From positions 169,733 through 233,732 of the forward strand of contig CAZRIY010000001.1 of assembly GCA_964600295.1 (NCBI GenBank): DNA of 64,000 nt, given 5' to 3'. A program made the translations under genes and the position numbers. Origin of the DNA: an uncultured Candidatus Saccharibacteria bacterium. Its GTDB lineage: Bacteria > Patescibacteriota > Saccharimonadia > CAZHVB01. Under the pieces are notes generated by a model that was not told the origin of the DNA, searched no databases, and worked only from the letters and a program-made list of their open reading frames with translations. Below, in pieces: positions 26,956 through 36,086 of the stretch (its first letter is position 1; each line of letters opens with the position of its first letter).

Positions 26956-28647
26956 TTAGAACTGGGGATGGTTGGTGGCCACGTTGCTCAGCCAGGCTTG
27001 CTGTCCGGCTGCCCAGGTATGGATTTCGATCTTACCGCTCCCGGTATTGCGGTATTTCACAAAAACTAATTCGTCAACCGCCCCGCCATAAATGTTACCA
27101 GACGTAATAAAGGAATCTTCATCTGGGTTAACTTCTGGATGGTTGGTAGCCACATTGCTCAACCAACCCTGCGCACTCCCGGCCCAGGTGTGAATCTCAA
27201 TCCGGCCGCTCCCGGTATTGCGGTATTTGACGAAGATTAATTCATCCGCCGAGCTTCCATACAGGTTAGCCGCAATAATGCGGCCATCGGCCGGATCAAT
27301 CTCCGGCAGGTTGGTGGCCGTATTGGCTGTCCAGCGTTGTCGGTCTTGGCTCCATTCATGGACTTCAATCCGGCCGCTGCCGGTGTTGCGGTATTTGACG
27401 AAGACTAGTTCGTCGTGGCCATCACCATTTGCATCCATGGCGACCACGTCACTATCTGCCGGATCGGTCACTGGATGGTTGGTGGCGATATTGGTAAGCC
27501 AATGTTGCAAAGAGGCGTCCCAGGTATGGATTTCCAGCCGTCCGCTGCCGCTGACGCGGGACGAGATTAGCATCATCTCGGATTTGCCGTCGCCATAGGT
27601 ATTACCGCTAATTATTTCTCCATCAGGCGGATTGACGGCCCCTAAATTACTGGCGATATTGGTAAGCCAACCCTGAAGGCTGGAATTCCATGTGTGCATC
27701 TCCACGCACTTGGAGCCAGTCTGATTAAGCACGGTTAGTGTGAATATAGCGTTCGCTCCTGCCGAATATTCGTTAGTGACCACTCTGGGTCCCGGGCCAG
27801 CTCCAGTTATGTTATTACCGTTCCAACACGCGTAACTAAATGGGTCGCCGAACCAATCACTATAATCGCGCCAAAAATTCCGATTACCGTATGAGCTACA
27901 ACTGTCACCAGTACTATACAGGTTAGTAAGAGCGGCTTGATTGGGTCGGTAGGGGGTATATGAGTATAGGGCCGCTGTAGCCCGGTTTTCGATAAAGACC
28001 TCGGATGTGCCGCAACCACTGTTCGGGTGCCACTTAATTGTATTTGTGCCCGGGCGGTGAGGAATAGTCCAGTTAGGATTCAAGTCCCAAAAATTGCGAA
28101 AATGGCGTGCGCCCTCGTGCATCTGTAATGTAAAACCACTGTAATTGGGGTCGCATGGTCCTCCATCAGGACAAGCAAAACCCATAGCGGAGTTATACTG
28201 AACCTGCCATGGCCAATCGTCAGTTACCAGGCCCTGCTCTTTTTGTAAGGTCACGATAAGGACCTTGGGATTGATGCTAAATTCCTGAGCTTTGTCCCAT
28301 ATAATCTGAGCAGCACTTTTACTGTTCTGTGAATAATCCTTTAAACAAATGTAGGGCGGAGGATTGCCGCGTCGACTACCGTAAGTTGACCTAGGAACAG
28401 TATCCCCATGTGCTGGATCGTAGATCATTTGTTCACCGTTGGTATCGCAAGTTGGGCGCTTATTATTCAAGAAAGTCTGAATATCTGATACTCCCATCGT
28501 TGTCTTATCATTAAAGATGGAATCATCAATAATACGGCCTGGTTTGAAAGATGCCGCATCAGCTGCCCCAACCCTAGGTGGGCCGCCAAAGAGTACGGGC
28601 GAGACAACTAAGATCAGGATAAGGCTAAAGAAGTGGATTTTTTTCAT
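26956..28647 (-). CDS. Secreted protein: N-terminal domain (possibly lysozyme-like) + C-terminal tandem ~47-aa FG-GAP-like repeats
   Basis: Signal peptide MKKIHFFSLILILVVSPVLFGG. The N-terminal domain contains INPKVLIVTLQKEQGL. The C-terminal third has at least 5 repeats of ...FVKYRNTGSGRIE(I/V)H(T/E)W......W(L/T)(S/T)N(I/V)ATNHP.V(N/D)P.D... with DANGDGHDEL Ca-loop-like motifs (26956..~27750). Confidence 0.6.
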   Translation of the reverse strand: MKKIHFFSLILILVVSPVLFGGPPRVGAADAASFKPGRIIDDSIFNDKTTMGVSDIQTFLNNKRPTCDTNGEQMIYDPAHGDTVPRSTYGSRRGNPPPYICLKDYSQNSKSAAQIIWDKAQEFSINPKVLIVTLQKEQGLVTDDWPWQVQYNSAMGFACPDGGPCDPNYSGFTLQMHEGARHFRNFWDLNPNWTIPHRPGTNTIKWHPNSGCGTSEVFIENRATAALYSYTPYRPNQAALTNLYSTGDSCSSYGNRNFWRDYSDWFGDPFSYACWNGNNITGAGPGPRVVTNEYSAGANAIFTLTVLNQTGSKCVEMHTWNSSLQGWLTNIASNLGAVNPPDGEIISGNTYGDGKSEMMLISSRVSGSGRLEIHTWDASLQHWLTNIATNHPVTDPADSDVVAMDANGDGHDELVFVKYRNTGSGRIEVHEWSQDRQRWTANTATNLPEIDPADGRIIAANLYGSSADELIFVKYRNTGSGRIEIHTWAGSAQGWLSNVATNHPEVNPDEDSFITSGNIYGGAVDELVFVKYRNTGSGKIEIHTWAAGQQAWLSNVATNHPQF

Positions 28648-28649
28648 GG

Positions 28650-29174
28650 TTATTGAATATCGATTGCTTTAGAAGTTGAAGTACCCTGTTTGTTATCTCC
28701 AGTAAAGTTGACCTGTACTTCCCACTCTCCCCTAACTGGGAATCGACTTTTTGCAATAGATATTTGACAAGCATAGTAATTGGTAACTCGATTAAGCGAG
28801 GCGTTCTCTTGAACTGACGCTTGACCCATTCGTGAAAATACCGCAGTACAGGTGCCGCTTGTAGCTCCATCTACTGTGGCTGTAACAATTATAGGATCAT
28901 CACTTCCCGACGCATATGTAACAGTAACAGTGACCGAACCCTGGGAGGGAGAATTATTAGATGTGCCTCCATTTGAAGCCGGCGTGCCATCCGGTTTGGG
29001 CTTGTCCACTTCCCTTGGTTGATTATCAGGGCTTTGTTGACCATTTTTATTCTGTTGATTGTCTGCGGGATTGGCATTGTCACCTCTACTTATTTGCCAA
29101 TACGCAAAAACGCCACCACCGATTAAGAGCGTCGCAACCACTGCTATTAAGATTTTTTTTCGGGGAATACCCAT
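28650..29174 (-). CDS. Hypothetical membrane-anchored low-complexity protein
   Basis: N-terminal TM (ILIAVVATLLIGGGVFAYW), then a Q/N/S/T-rich low-complexity region and a small C-terminal domain. Confidence 0.4.
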   Translation of the reverse strand: MGIPRKKILIAVVATLLIGGGVFAYWQISRGDNANPADNQQNKNGQQSPDNQPREVDKPKPDGTPASNGGTSNNSPSQGSVTVTVTYASGSDDPIIVTATVDGATSGTCTAVFSRMGQASVQENASLNRVTNYYACQISIAKSRFPVRGEWEVQVNFTGDNKQGTSTSKAIDIQ

Positions 29175-29236
29175 ATGTTTATTTTAGCAAGCCGTAAAAG
29201 CTAATAACTAAATACTGACATAAAAGGTAGCAAAAG

Positions 29237-31252
29237 TCAAAATAGCTTATAAATAAAAATATCCCTAGTGGGGTAATTTATTGTCTTGAGAAGCTGGGCG
29301 CAATTATCCTGGCCCTGAGTTCTAGCAACAGTTATTAAAAACCGAACATTATGATTTTTTAGAAAGTCGCTACACGGCTCTGTATTTACCTGGATATAGT
29401 CCTTATCTATTAATTTCAAGCTCGTAGGGGCTATAACGGCGGGGTTGCGATCAATCGTAAATATAATATGAGCATAGCGATTATATATGTTTTCATTTGA
29501 GTCCAAGCTTTTCCAGAGATCTAGCTGCGGATAGATATAAACTCCTGAGAGAGAAGGAGCGCCATTCGCAAGAGCCATATTCTCCAACAACAGGTCATCA
29601 CTAGCAATCCACCGGCCAGGATTGCTGAGAGATAACGCTCGAATCTCCCTCGAGAGAGATGAATCAGTAACTACCTCGAGCCCCCGATATAAAGGGTTAA
29701 CCCTACCGCTTGATAGTATTGAAAAAAGTAAGAATACAGCCATCGCCAAGGTAAATCTGCGGTTCAGAAGTAAATAAATAACTACAGGCACGGGAATAGA
29801 TAGGGCCAAAAACGTCGGCAGGCCAATAAAACCAGGAGATCTATTCATGGTAACAAGTCCTATGTATACCAGGAACGCGAAAACTACCAATGCATATACA
29901 GCGGTGATTTTGTGAAATTGCCGCGGAAGTTTATTTAACTTTAATAAATTACGAATAACTAGAACGGTGTGGATTATTCCCAGCAAGCCAACACCAATAA
30001 TAAGCCGACCGGGAGGTACTTTACCCATTAGGAATAAATTGAATAGCCAGTTTAGCCAGGGAGTGCACATCATTACTACTAACAGCAAGAAAGAACTAGT
30101 GGTAACTAAGAGTAACCAATCAATTTGTTTCCGTTTTCTGTAACCATTTATTAGTAGAAACATGGCAGGAAGAATAAAAAACGGAGTAAGTAATATAAAG
30201 TTCGATGATTCACTTTGATTTATAGGCTTAAAGGTGCCTTCACTAGGGAGATGGTACTGCGCAGCCCTTGGGTGTCGCTGAAATTGAACTGATAGATGGC
30301 TGGAAAATAAATGAGGCACATCAAACCCGCCACTCTCTGTATTACGAGTTCCAGGATATGCAGTGTTTTGAAGGGCATGGACAGCATCGAGTCGGGTCCA
30401 CAAGAAGCTAGCTGTGATTACTCCGGCGGTAACTACTGCCGTGGTAATAATCCCTAGATTTTGCCAAATTTGTTTTGTTGGCATATTTTTAATCTTTTTT
30501 ATAAAATATCCAAGGCCAAAAACCGCCATTGCCAGCGCACATGGAATCTGGAATGGCGGGTAAAGTATAAGAGCAAAACAGCTAACCACATAGGCTAGGA
30601 GAAAACCCCAAAACCACTTCCATCGAGTTCTCTTTTCTTCCAACAATTTTATTAAAATTGCCCCGGCAAAAAAACTATAATAAATTGAACCTACGGTTCC
30701 GTACACATACCACCACTGAATAAATGGGCTGAAGAAGAAAGCAACTGATAACAAAGCTGCCAACAGTTTTTTTGCCGGCAACAAAGCCAGCGTGAAAAGG
30801 TAGCAGCTAGTAATCAGCAAAAATCCCATCACCCACCATCTAAAGGCGAAAGCATTGTCAAGCGGCATTGCAAAAAAGGCCAGGTTGTGTGGTTTAAAAA
30901 TAATTGACCAATCTTTATAAGGTACATCTAGCAACAACGACACGTCTTGTCCGGCGCCAATATTCTGATTTATACGCTCGAAGTTACTATTTTTCTGGGC
31001 AATTGTCATTTGGGAGTTAACTTGCCACTCATCCGATCGAATCAACCGTGGCTCGCCCAGTAGCAGGTTCGGATCTTTTGCGGACTCCCCGTAAAAGTAG
31101 CTGTTATATGCACCAATCGAACTGCCGTGGATCTGAAACATTGTGAACAAGATTACTGGTATTGCCATAATCGCAGGAAACAGCCAAATACTATTCAGAA
31201 AACGGTTCATGATATTGGCGCCTTGAAGTTTTTGCTGAGAGAAAAGTGTCAT
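29237..31252 (-). CDS. Large polytopic membrane protein, possibly GT-C fold / YfhO-like glycan-modifying enzyme
   Basis: 671 aa with more than 12 predicted TM helices and periplasmic loops. Embedded in a glycan biosynthesis island. Family assignment is inference. Confidence 0.4.
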   Translation of the reverse strand: MTLFSQQKLQGANIMNRFLNSIWLFPAIMAIPVILFTMFQIHGSSIGAYNSYFYGESAKDPNLLLGEPRLIRSDEWQVNSQMTIAQKNSNFERINQNIGAGQDVSLLLDVPYKDWSIIFKPHNLAFFAMPLDNAFAFRWWVMGFLLITSCYLFTLALLPAKKLLAALLSVAFFFSPFIQWWYVYGTVGSIYYSFFAGAILIKLLEEKRTRWKWFWGFLLAYVVSCFALILYPPFQIPCALAMAVFGLGYFIKKIKNMPTKQIWQNLGIITTAVVTAGVITASFLWTRLDAVHALQNTAYPGTRNTESGGFDVPHLFSSHLSVQFQRHPRAAQYHLPSEGTFKPINQSESSNFILLTPFFILPAMFLLINGYRKRKQIDWLLLVTTSSFLLLVVMMCTPWLNWLFNLFLMGKVPPGRLIIGVGLLGIIHTVLVIRNLLKLNKLPRQFHKITAVYALVVFAFLVYIGLVTMNRSPGFIGLPTFLALSIPVPVVIYLLLNRRFTLAMAVFLLFSILSSGRVNPLYRGLEVVTDSSLSREIRALSLSNPGRWIASDDLLLENMALANGAPSLSGVYIYPQLDLWKSLDSNENIYNRYAHIIFTIDRNPAVIAPTSLKLIDKDYIQVNTEPCSDFLKNHNVRFLITVARTQGQDNCAQLLKTINYPTRDIFIYKLF

Positions 31253-31312
31253 TTAACAGATCTTAACATTAACCTATATAACAGGGTTCAGGAAAGCGTT
31301 AAAGAGGCAGAG

Positions 31313-31669
31313 CTATTTATTTAGATTAAGGAAAATCAACCCAATTAGGATTAAAGCTATTCCTACAACCTTAGTAAACGTAAAAACTTCGTTCAGGATG
31401 TAGAAAGATGCCAAAAAAACTAAAATATATACAAAAGCTGCCAATAGCGGGATGATATAACCAAGCTCATATTTGGAAATTAAATAAACGTATAATGCAA
31501 AGCTTAACCCATATAAGATTATGCCAACCACTGAGTACGGTGTTAAATTAAACTGAAGTTTGCTACCCCCCAAATATTTGAGCGGTGGGCCGGCCTTTGT
31601 TCCATACTTCAAGGCCACTAACGCTGCGGAAGTGGTTAGAATATACAAAGTAATAATAAGCTTTGACAT
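31313..31669 (-). CDS. Small 4-TM membrane protein (EamA/GtrA-like, possible lipid-linked sugar flippase subunit)
   Basis: 118 aa with four hydrophobic helices, adjacent to glycosyltransferases. Confidence 0.3.
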   Translation of the reverse strand: MSKLIITLYILTTSAALVALKYGTKAGPPLKYLGGSKLQFNLTPYSVVGIILYGLSFALYVYLISKYELGYIIPLLAAFVYILVFLASFYILNEVFTFTKVVGIALILIGLIFLNLNK

Positions 31670-31690
31670 CTTATGTATTGTATATCCAAC

Positions 31691-32920
31691 TTAGCTGAAA
31701 ATAAAACTATAGAGCTTATTTAGGATAAGGTTTCTTTCAAAATGTTTGAAGTGATAGGCTCTGCCTCGAGCGCCCATCTTTCGCCTCTCTATGCGCGACA
31801 ATTCGTAAACTTTCCTAATATTAGCAGCTAGGGTTTGGACATCTTCGGTCGGACCGGCAAATCCGCACTGGATAGTCTTATTCACGAGATCCCGTGCTTC
31901 GCCATCTATAGCCAGAACCATTGGTTTTCCAGCTGCAAAATATGACGTTACCTTTGACGGTATTGTGGCTTCCAGCAGTTCACTTTTTACCAAACAGCCG
32001 ATTAATAGATCTGCTACCCCCATGTACTTAGGCATATCCGTAATCGGTTTTTGGCCCTCGAAATAGAAGCTATCGATAAGGCCGGCCTGTTTTACCTCTT
32101 CTTCTAGCCATTTACGCGACATACCATCACCAACAATTATCCAATTGATGTTATTGATCCCAGTTGAATGTAGCCGCTTGGCCGCATCAATAATTGTATT
32201 GAATGACTGAGCTGGGCTGATGTTTCCAGTGAAGACAATGTTAAAACCTGGTTTGAACTTGGCCACTAGTTTCTCATCATGTATGTCCTTTTCATAGATT
32301 TTTTCGGGGGCCTGAGGTAAGACGATAATTTTGTCGCTGGGTTTCTTGGTAATACCCTGCAATTTTATTTTCATTTGTCCGGATAATGTTACTAGCTTAT
32401 CGGTGTTCCGATAATGCCAGTGAGACACTACGGCGGCTATTTTTCTTAACGCTTTATTTTTTACTTTAATTACCGAATATAGATTTTCAGGCCAAAGATC
32501 AAGTACATACATGGTGGTTTCAATTTTCTTAATTTTTCCAACAAGTATGCCGGCAATAGCCATCATCACTGGAGAAAGTTGATAGATAAAAATCTCATCG
32601 TATCTTTTTGTTAACAATCTTGGCACATGGAATAAGCTTGCAAGAGGGAAGGAGATATAATTCAAAAAAATTCGGATGTTTGAGTTATTACCTCGCGGGA
32701 ACTCGAAGACCCGGCGGATGTTTATGCCATTGTACCTTTGCTTTCGGTTGCGGAAATATCCATATCCATGGAAGATTCTACCCGTAGGATAGTTGGGAAT
32801 TCCGCATAAAACATCGATCGCGACATTTCGTTCAACTAAATAATCACAAATATCGTTTATTCGAAATGACTCCGGCCAGAAGTGCTGCCCGATTATTAGA
32901 ATTTTCTTTTTTGGTTGCAT
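31691..32920 (-). CDS. Glycosyltransferase family 1, WbuB-like (L-FucNAc transferase type)
   Basis: N-terminus KILIIGQHFWPESFRINDICDYLVERN is typical of WbuB/WbjE. Genetically linked to fnlABC. Confidence 0.7.
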   Translation of the reverse strand: MQPKKKILIIGQHFWPESFRINDICDYLVERNVAIDVLCGIPNYPTGRIFHGYGYFRNRKQRYNGINIRRVFEFPRGNNSNIRIFLNYISFPLASLFHVPRLLTKRYDEIFIYQLSPVMMAIAGILVGKIKKIETTMYVLDLWPENLYSVIKVKNKALRKIAAVVSHWHYRNTDKLVTLSGQMKIKLQGITKKPSDKIIVLPQAPEKIYEKDIHDEKLVAKFKPGFNIVFTGNISPAQSFNTIIDAAKRLHSTGINNINWIIVGDGMSRKWLEEEVKQAGLIDSFYFEGQKPITDMPKYMGVADLLIGCLVKSELLEATIPSKVTSYFAAGKPMVLAIDGEARDLVNKTIQCGFAGPTEDVQTLAANIRKVYELSRIERRKMGARGRAYHFKHFERNLILNKLYSFIFS

Positions 32921-32946
32921 TTTTATAGACTGTCTTTTACAAAGTA

Positions 32947-33837
32947 CTACTTTAGGCTATATGGCCTATTTGCTAGTAGAAAATTATTATTATCTCGATT
33001 CAACAGCGTCTCTACGCCCGAAATTCTCGAAATCAACTTCTTCCGCTCATCAATAGAGTAACAGTATTTGAAAATGTTGAGCATTTCGCGCGCTACATAT
33101 TCAGGGCTTTTGCCAGCACGTCTAATGTAGTCAGCGGAAAATTCAGTCAACAGCATAATATCTGTATTGCTAAAAGTTCTTTTTGCGCCATCAAGCGCGT
33201 GTCCCTCGTAACCCTCGATATCCATTTTAACGAAGCCCACTTTTAACCTATGGGTAGATACAAAGCTGTCTACTGTATCGACTTTCACAGAAATTGAATT
33301 CGATGGACGCGCACCAATGTAGTGGGTAGCGAGATCATCTTTAACAAGAGATATTTCTACCTCTCCCTGTTTGTCGCCAATAGCGCAGTTTACAATATGT
33401 ACATTGGACGTGTTATTAAGTTCTAAATTGTGTTTTAACAGTCTCAAGTTTTCAGGTACTGGTTCAAATGCATATACGGCACCCGTGTCACCAATTTTCT
33501 CGCTGGCGATAATGGAATATATCCCAATGTTTGCTCCAATATCCAGTACTGTCATACCGGGCTGGAGTATTTTCTCGTATAGTTCAAGCTCAAACTCCTC
33601 AAAGTATTGGTTAATAAGTGCAGGCACTATTGAGATATCTTTTGTACGCACGAGTAACTTTTTCCCCCTGAACAATATTTCTTGCTCACCCTCAACTCTT
33701 CCTAGGTAGAAAATCTTTCTGTAAATCCAAGTCGTTATGGGTAAACGGTAAACCCAAGTATTGAGGAAATACTTCCTCGATATCTTAATAACATACATCG
33801 ATACGAGTTCAATGAAATTCGATTTCTTAATCTTCAT
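32947..33837 (-). CDS. FkbM-family SAM-dependent methyltransferase
   Basis: VLDIGANIGIYSI SAM-binding motif; 296 aa; FkbM-type. Confidence 0.7.
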   Translation of the reverse strand: MKIKKSNFIELVSMYVIKISRKYFLNTWVYRLPITTWIYRKIFYLGRVEGEQEILFRGKKLLVRTKDISIVPALINQYFEEFELELYEKILQPGMTVLDIGANIGIYSIIASEKIGDTGAVYAFEPVPENLRLLKHNLELNNTSNVHIVNCAIGDKQGEVEISLVKDDLATHYIGARPSNSISVKVDTVDSFVSTHRLKVGFVKMDIEGYEGHALDGAKRTFSNTDIMLLTEFSADYIRRAGKSPEYVAREMLNIFKYCYSIDERKKLISRISGVETLLNRDNNNFLLANRPYSLK

Positions 33838-33848
33838 CCTCCCAATGT

Positions 33849-34973
33849 TTATTTATCCCAGACGACTTTGTTAACAATTTTAGTGTAGCTTTGGATTATC
33901 TTTATAACCTTAGTAGATACGTTTGTATCACGATAGTTGGGGGGGAGATTGAACGTTTCTTGGTTCTGTCTTAGATCTCGAGATAACTCAATAGCTTGTT
34001 CTATGTCGATTTCTTCGATGCCGCCCAAGATGATCGACCCCGCGTCAAGGGTTTCCGGCCTTTCGGTTGAGGTCCTGATCAAAATCCCATCAAAACCCAG
34101 AATAACGCTCTCCTCGGATAATGTCCCGCTGTCAGATAAAACACAGAGGGCGTTAAGTTGGAGGTGGTTATAATCAAAGAACCCAAATGGCTTTAGAATC
34201 TGGACCAGTTTATGCAATTTAAATCCACTTTTTTTGATCCTGTCGAGACTGCGAGGATGGGCGGAATAAATTATGGGCAATTGATGTCTTTCGGCGATAT
34301 CATTTATGGCGCTCATCAAGGAATTAAAATTAGTCTCGTCATCAATATTCTCTTCCCTATGGGCAGAAACAAGAATGTACTTATCTTTTTTTAGCTTCAA
34401 CTTCTCTAGAATATTGCTTTCCTTAATTTTTTCTATATGGGCATGTAGAACTTCGGGTAGCGGAGAACCCGTGACAAATATATGTTCTTTTCGTAACCCC
34501 TCCGCAAGCAAATATCTGCGCGAATGTTCAGTGTAGGGAAGATTAATATCAGAGATGTGATCAACGATCTTTCTATTTATTTCCTCGGGGACGTTTTGGT
34601 CGAAACAGCGATTCCCGGCTTCCATATGAAAAATTGGAATCTTCAAACGTTTAGCCGGTATCGCCGATAACGCACTGTTTGTGTCGCCCAGTATCAAGAG
34701 AGCATCTGGCTTTTCGCGAAGCAACACTTTATAGCTGCCGGCAATAATGTTGCCTATAGTCTCTCCGAGGTTCTTGCCTACGCTTTTTAGATAGTGATCA
34801 GGTTCTCTCAGTTTGAGGTCTTCAAAGAAAACCTGGTTTAAGGTATAGTCCCAGTTTTGCCCAGTATGTACCAAAATATGGTCAAAGTACTGATCGCACC
34901 GCTTAATAGTTTCTGACAGCCTGATGATTTCGGGCCTGGTACCAACTATGGTCATTAACTTCAGCTTCTTCAC
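33849..34973 (-). CDS. fnlC: UDP-N-acetylglucosamine 2-epimerase (non-hydrolysing), FnlC/CapG/WbjD-type
   Basis: N-terminus MKKLKLMTIVGTRPEIIRLSETIKRC and overall length 374 aa. Positioned after fnlA-fnlB. Confidence 0.8.
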   Translation of the reverse strand: MKKLKLMTIVGTRPEIIRLSETIKRCDQYFDHILVHTGQNWDYTLNQVFFEDLKLREPDHYLKSVGKNLGETIGNIIAGSYKVLLREKPDALLILGDTNSALSAIPAKRLKIPIFHMEAGNRCFDQNVPEEINRKIVDHISDINLPYTEHSRRYLLAEGLRKEHIFVTGSPLPEVLHAHIEKIKESNILEKLKLKKDKYILVSAHREENIDDETNFNSLMSAINDIAERHQLPIIYSAHPRSLDRIKKSGFKLHKLVQILKPFGFFDYNHLQLNALCVLSDSGTLSEESVILGFDGILIRTSTERPETLDAGSIILGGIEEIDIEQAIELSRDLRQNQETFNLPPNYRDTNVSTKVIKIIQSYTKIVNKVVWDK

Positions 34974-36086
34974 TTAAACCTCTAAAGAATATGTGTCAGG
35001 GCTGGCAGGGTTAAATACTTCATCAGCCCAGAATAATGTTATTAGTTCACTTTTTCCGGTATTAGTAATTGAGTGAGTATAGCCAGGAGGGATATCAATT
35101 ACCTTAAGCTTCTCACCGCCCACCCTATAGGTAACAGTTTTTGGTGAGCTTATACGCCTAAGTTTAATTAGGGCCTTCCCCTCGACTACCAAGAATTTTT
35201 CGACCTTGGTATGATGCCAATGATTACCCCTGGTTACGCCGGGATTCGTTCTGGATACGAAAATCTGGCCGAATTGTTTTGATTTAATAAACTCAGCCAA
35301 CCATCCCCGGTTGTCTTTTTTCATTTCCAAATTATGGTCCAATTTCTTCTCGGGCAAATACGAGGCGTAGGTGGCGTATAATGCTCGATCAAAATAGCTT
35401 TCAAAATTTGGTATCAAAAGGGTTTGGCGGCTTCTTTGAAAAGAATAAATTTTATCGGTAAGCTCCCGAAGTGTGATAGGGAAGTCTCGCGGGATCTGAT
35501 AAAAACCTTGTTTCAAGGTTTGTTTTTCACCGCGCATGGACTTGATAAATTCACCTACGACATCATCTATGTAAACAAGCTGCAGTTCCGAATCAGGGTC
35601 GTTAATCTTTATATCCAGGTTATTGGCAATGTTGTAACAAAAAGTTGCTACAACCGAATTGTAGTTGGGTTTGCACCACTTACCGAAGACATTAGGTAGT
35701 CTATAAATGTAAGCGCTTGTCTTGGCCGATCCCGCCCAACTGTGTACAGCATCCTCTGCTGCCTTTTTACTTTTCCCGTATGAATTATCAAGCTCTGCCT
35801 GGGTTGATGAGGCTAGCAGGACAGGTGTTTTAAGACCTTCCTCTCTCATTATGTCTAAGAGCGTTTGGGTTAACTCAAAGTTACCTTTCTCAAATTCGGA
35901 CTCATTTTTTGGCCGGTTGACTCCAGCTAAGTGGAAAATAAAATCTGCTTTATTTATGAACTTCTTTAAGTCTGTAACTGAATGGTTTCTATCAAAACGA
36001 AGGGTTTCAATATCTTCATATTTTTCTAAGGTTGCACGCAGATTCTTACCAATAAAACCTGACGAACCGGTTACTAATACCTTTAT
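34974..36086 (-). CDS. fnlB: FnlB/CapF/WbjC-type bifunctional reductase/epimerase, apparent non-canonical (ATA) start
   Basis: The track ORF (34974..35849, starting MREEGLK) lacks the Rossmann motif. The upstream in-frame sequence IKVLVTGSSGFIGKNLRATLEKYEDIETLRFDRNHSVTDLKKFINKADFIFHLAGVNRPKNESEFEKGNFELTQTLLDIM is intact back to a TAA stop. No ATG/GTG/TTG exists there; ATA at 36084..36086 overlaps the fnlA stop (ATATAA). Confidence 0.65.
   Translation of the reverse strand: MKVLVTGSSGFIGKNLRATLEKYEDIETLRFDRNHSVTDLKKFINKADFIFHLAGVNRPKNESEFEKGNFELTQTLLDIMREEGLKTPVLLASSTQAELDNSYGKSKKAAEDAVHSWAGSAKTSAYIYRLPNVFGKWCKPNYNSVVATFCYNIANNLDIKINDPDSELQLVYIDDVVGEFIKSMRGEKQTLKQGFYQIPRDFPITLRELTDKIYSFQRSRQTLLIPNFESYFDRALYATYASYLPEKKLDHNLEMKKDNRGWLAEFIKSKQFGQIFVSRTNPGVTRGNHWHHTKVEKFLVVEGKALIKLRRISSPKTVTYRVGGEKLKVIDIPPGYTHSITNTGKSELITLFWADEVFNPASPDTYSLEV

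Noticed and set aside
27218-27598. Plus-strand ORFs of 60-150 aa inside the repeat regions (27218..27598, 38297..38758, 38325..38525, 38616..38861)
   Set aside because: They lie antisense to the tandem 47-aa repeats of the two secreted proteins. They exist only because the nucleotide repeats keep a frame open, and they have no start or RBS context.
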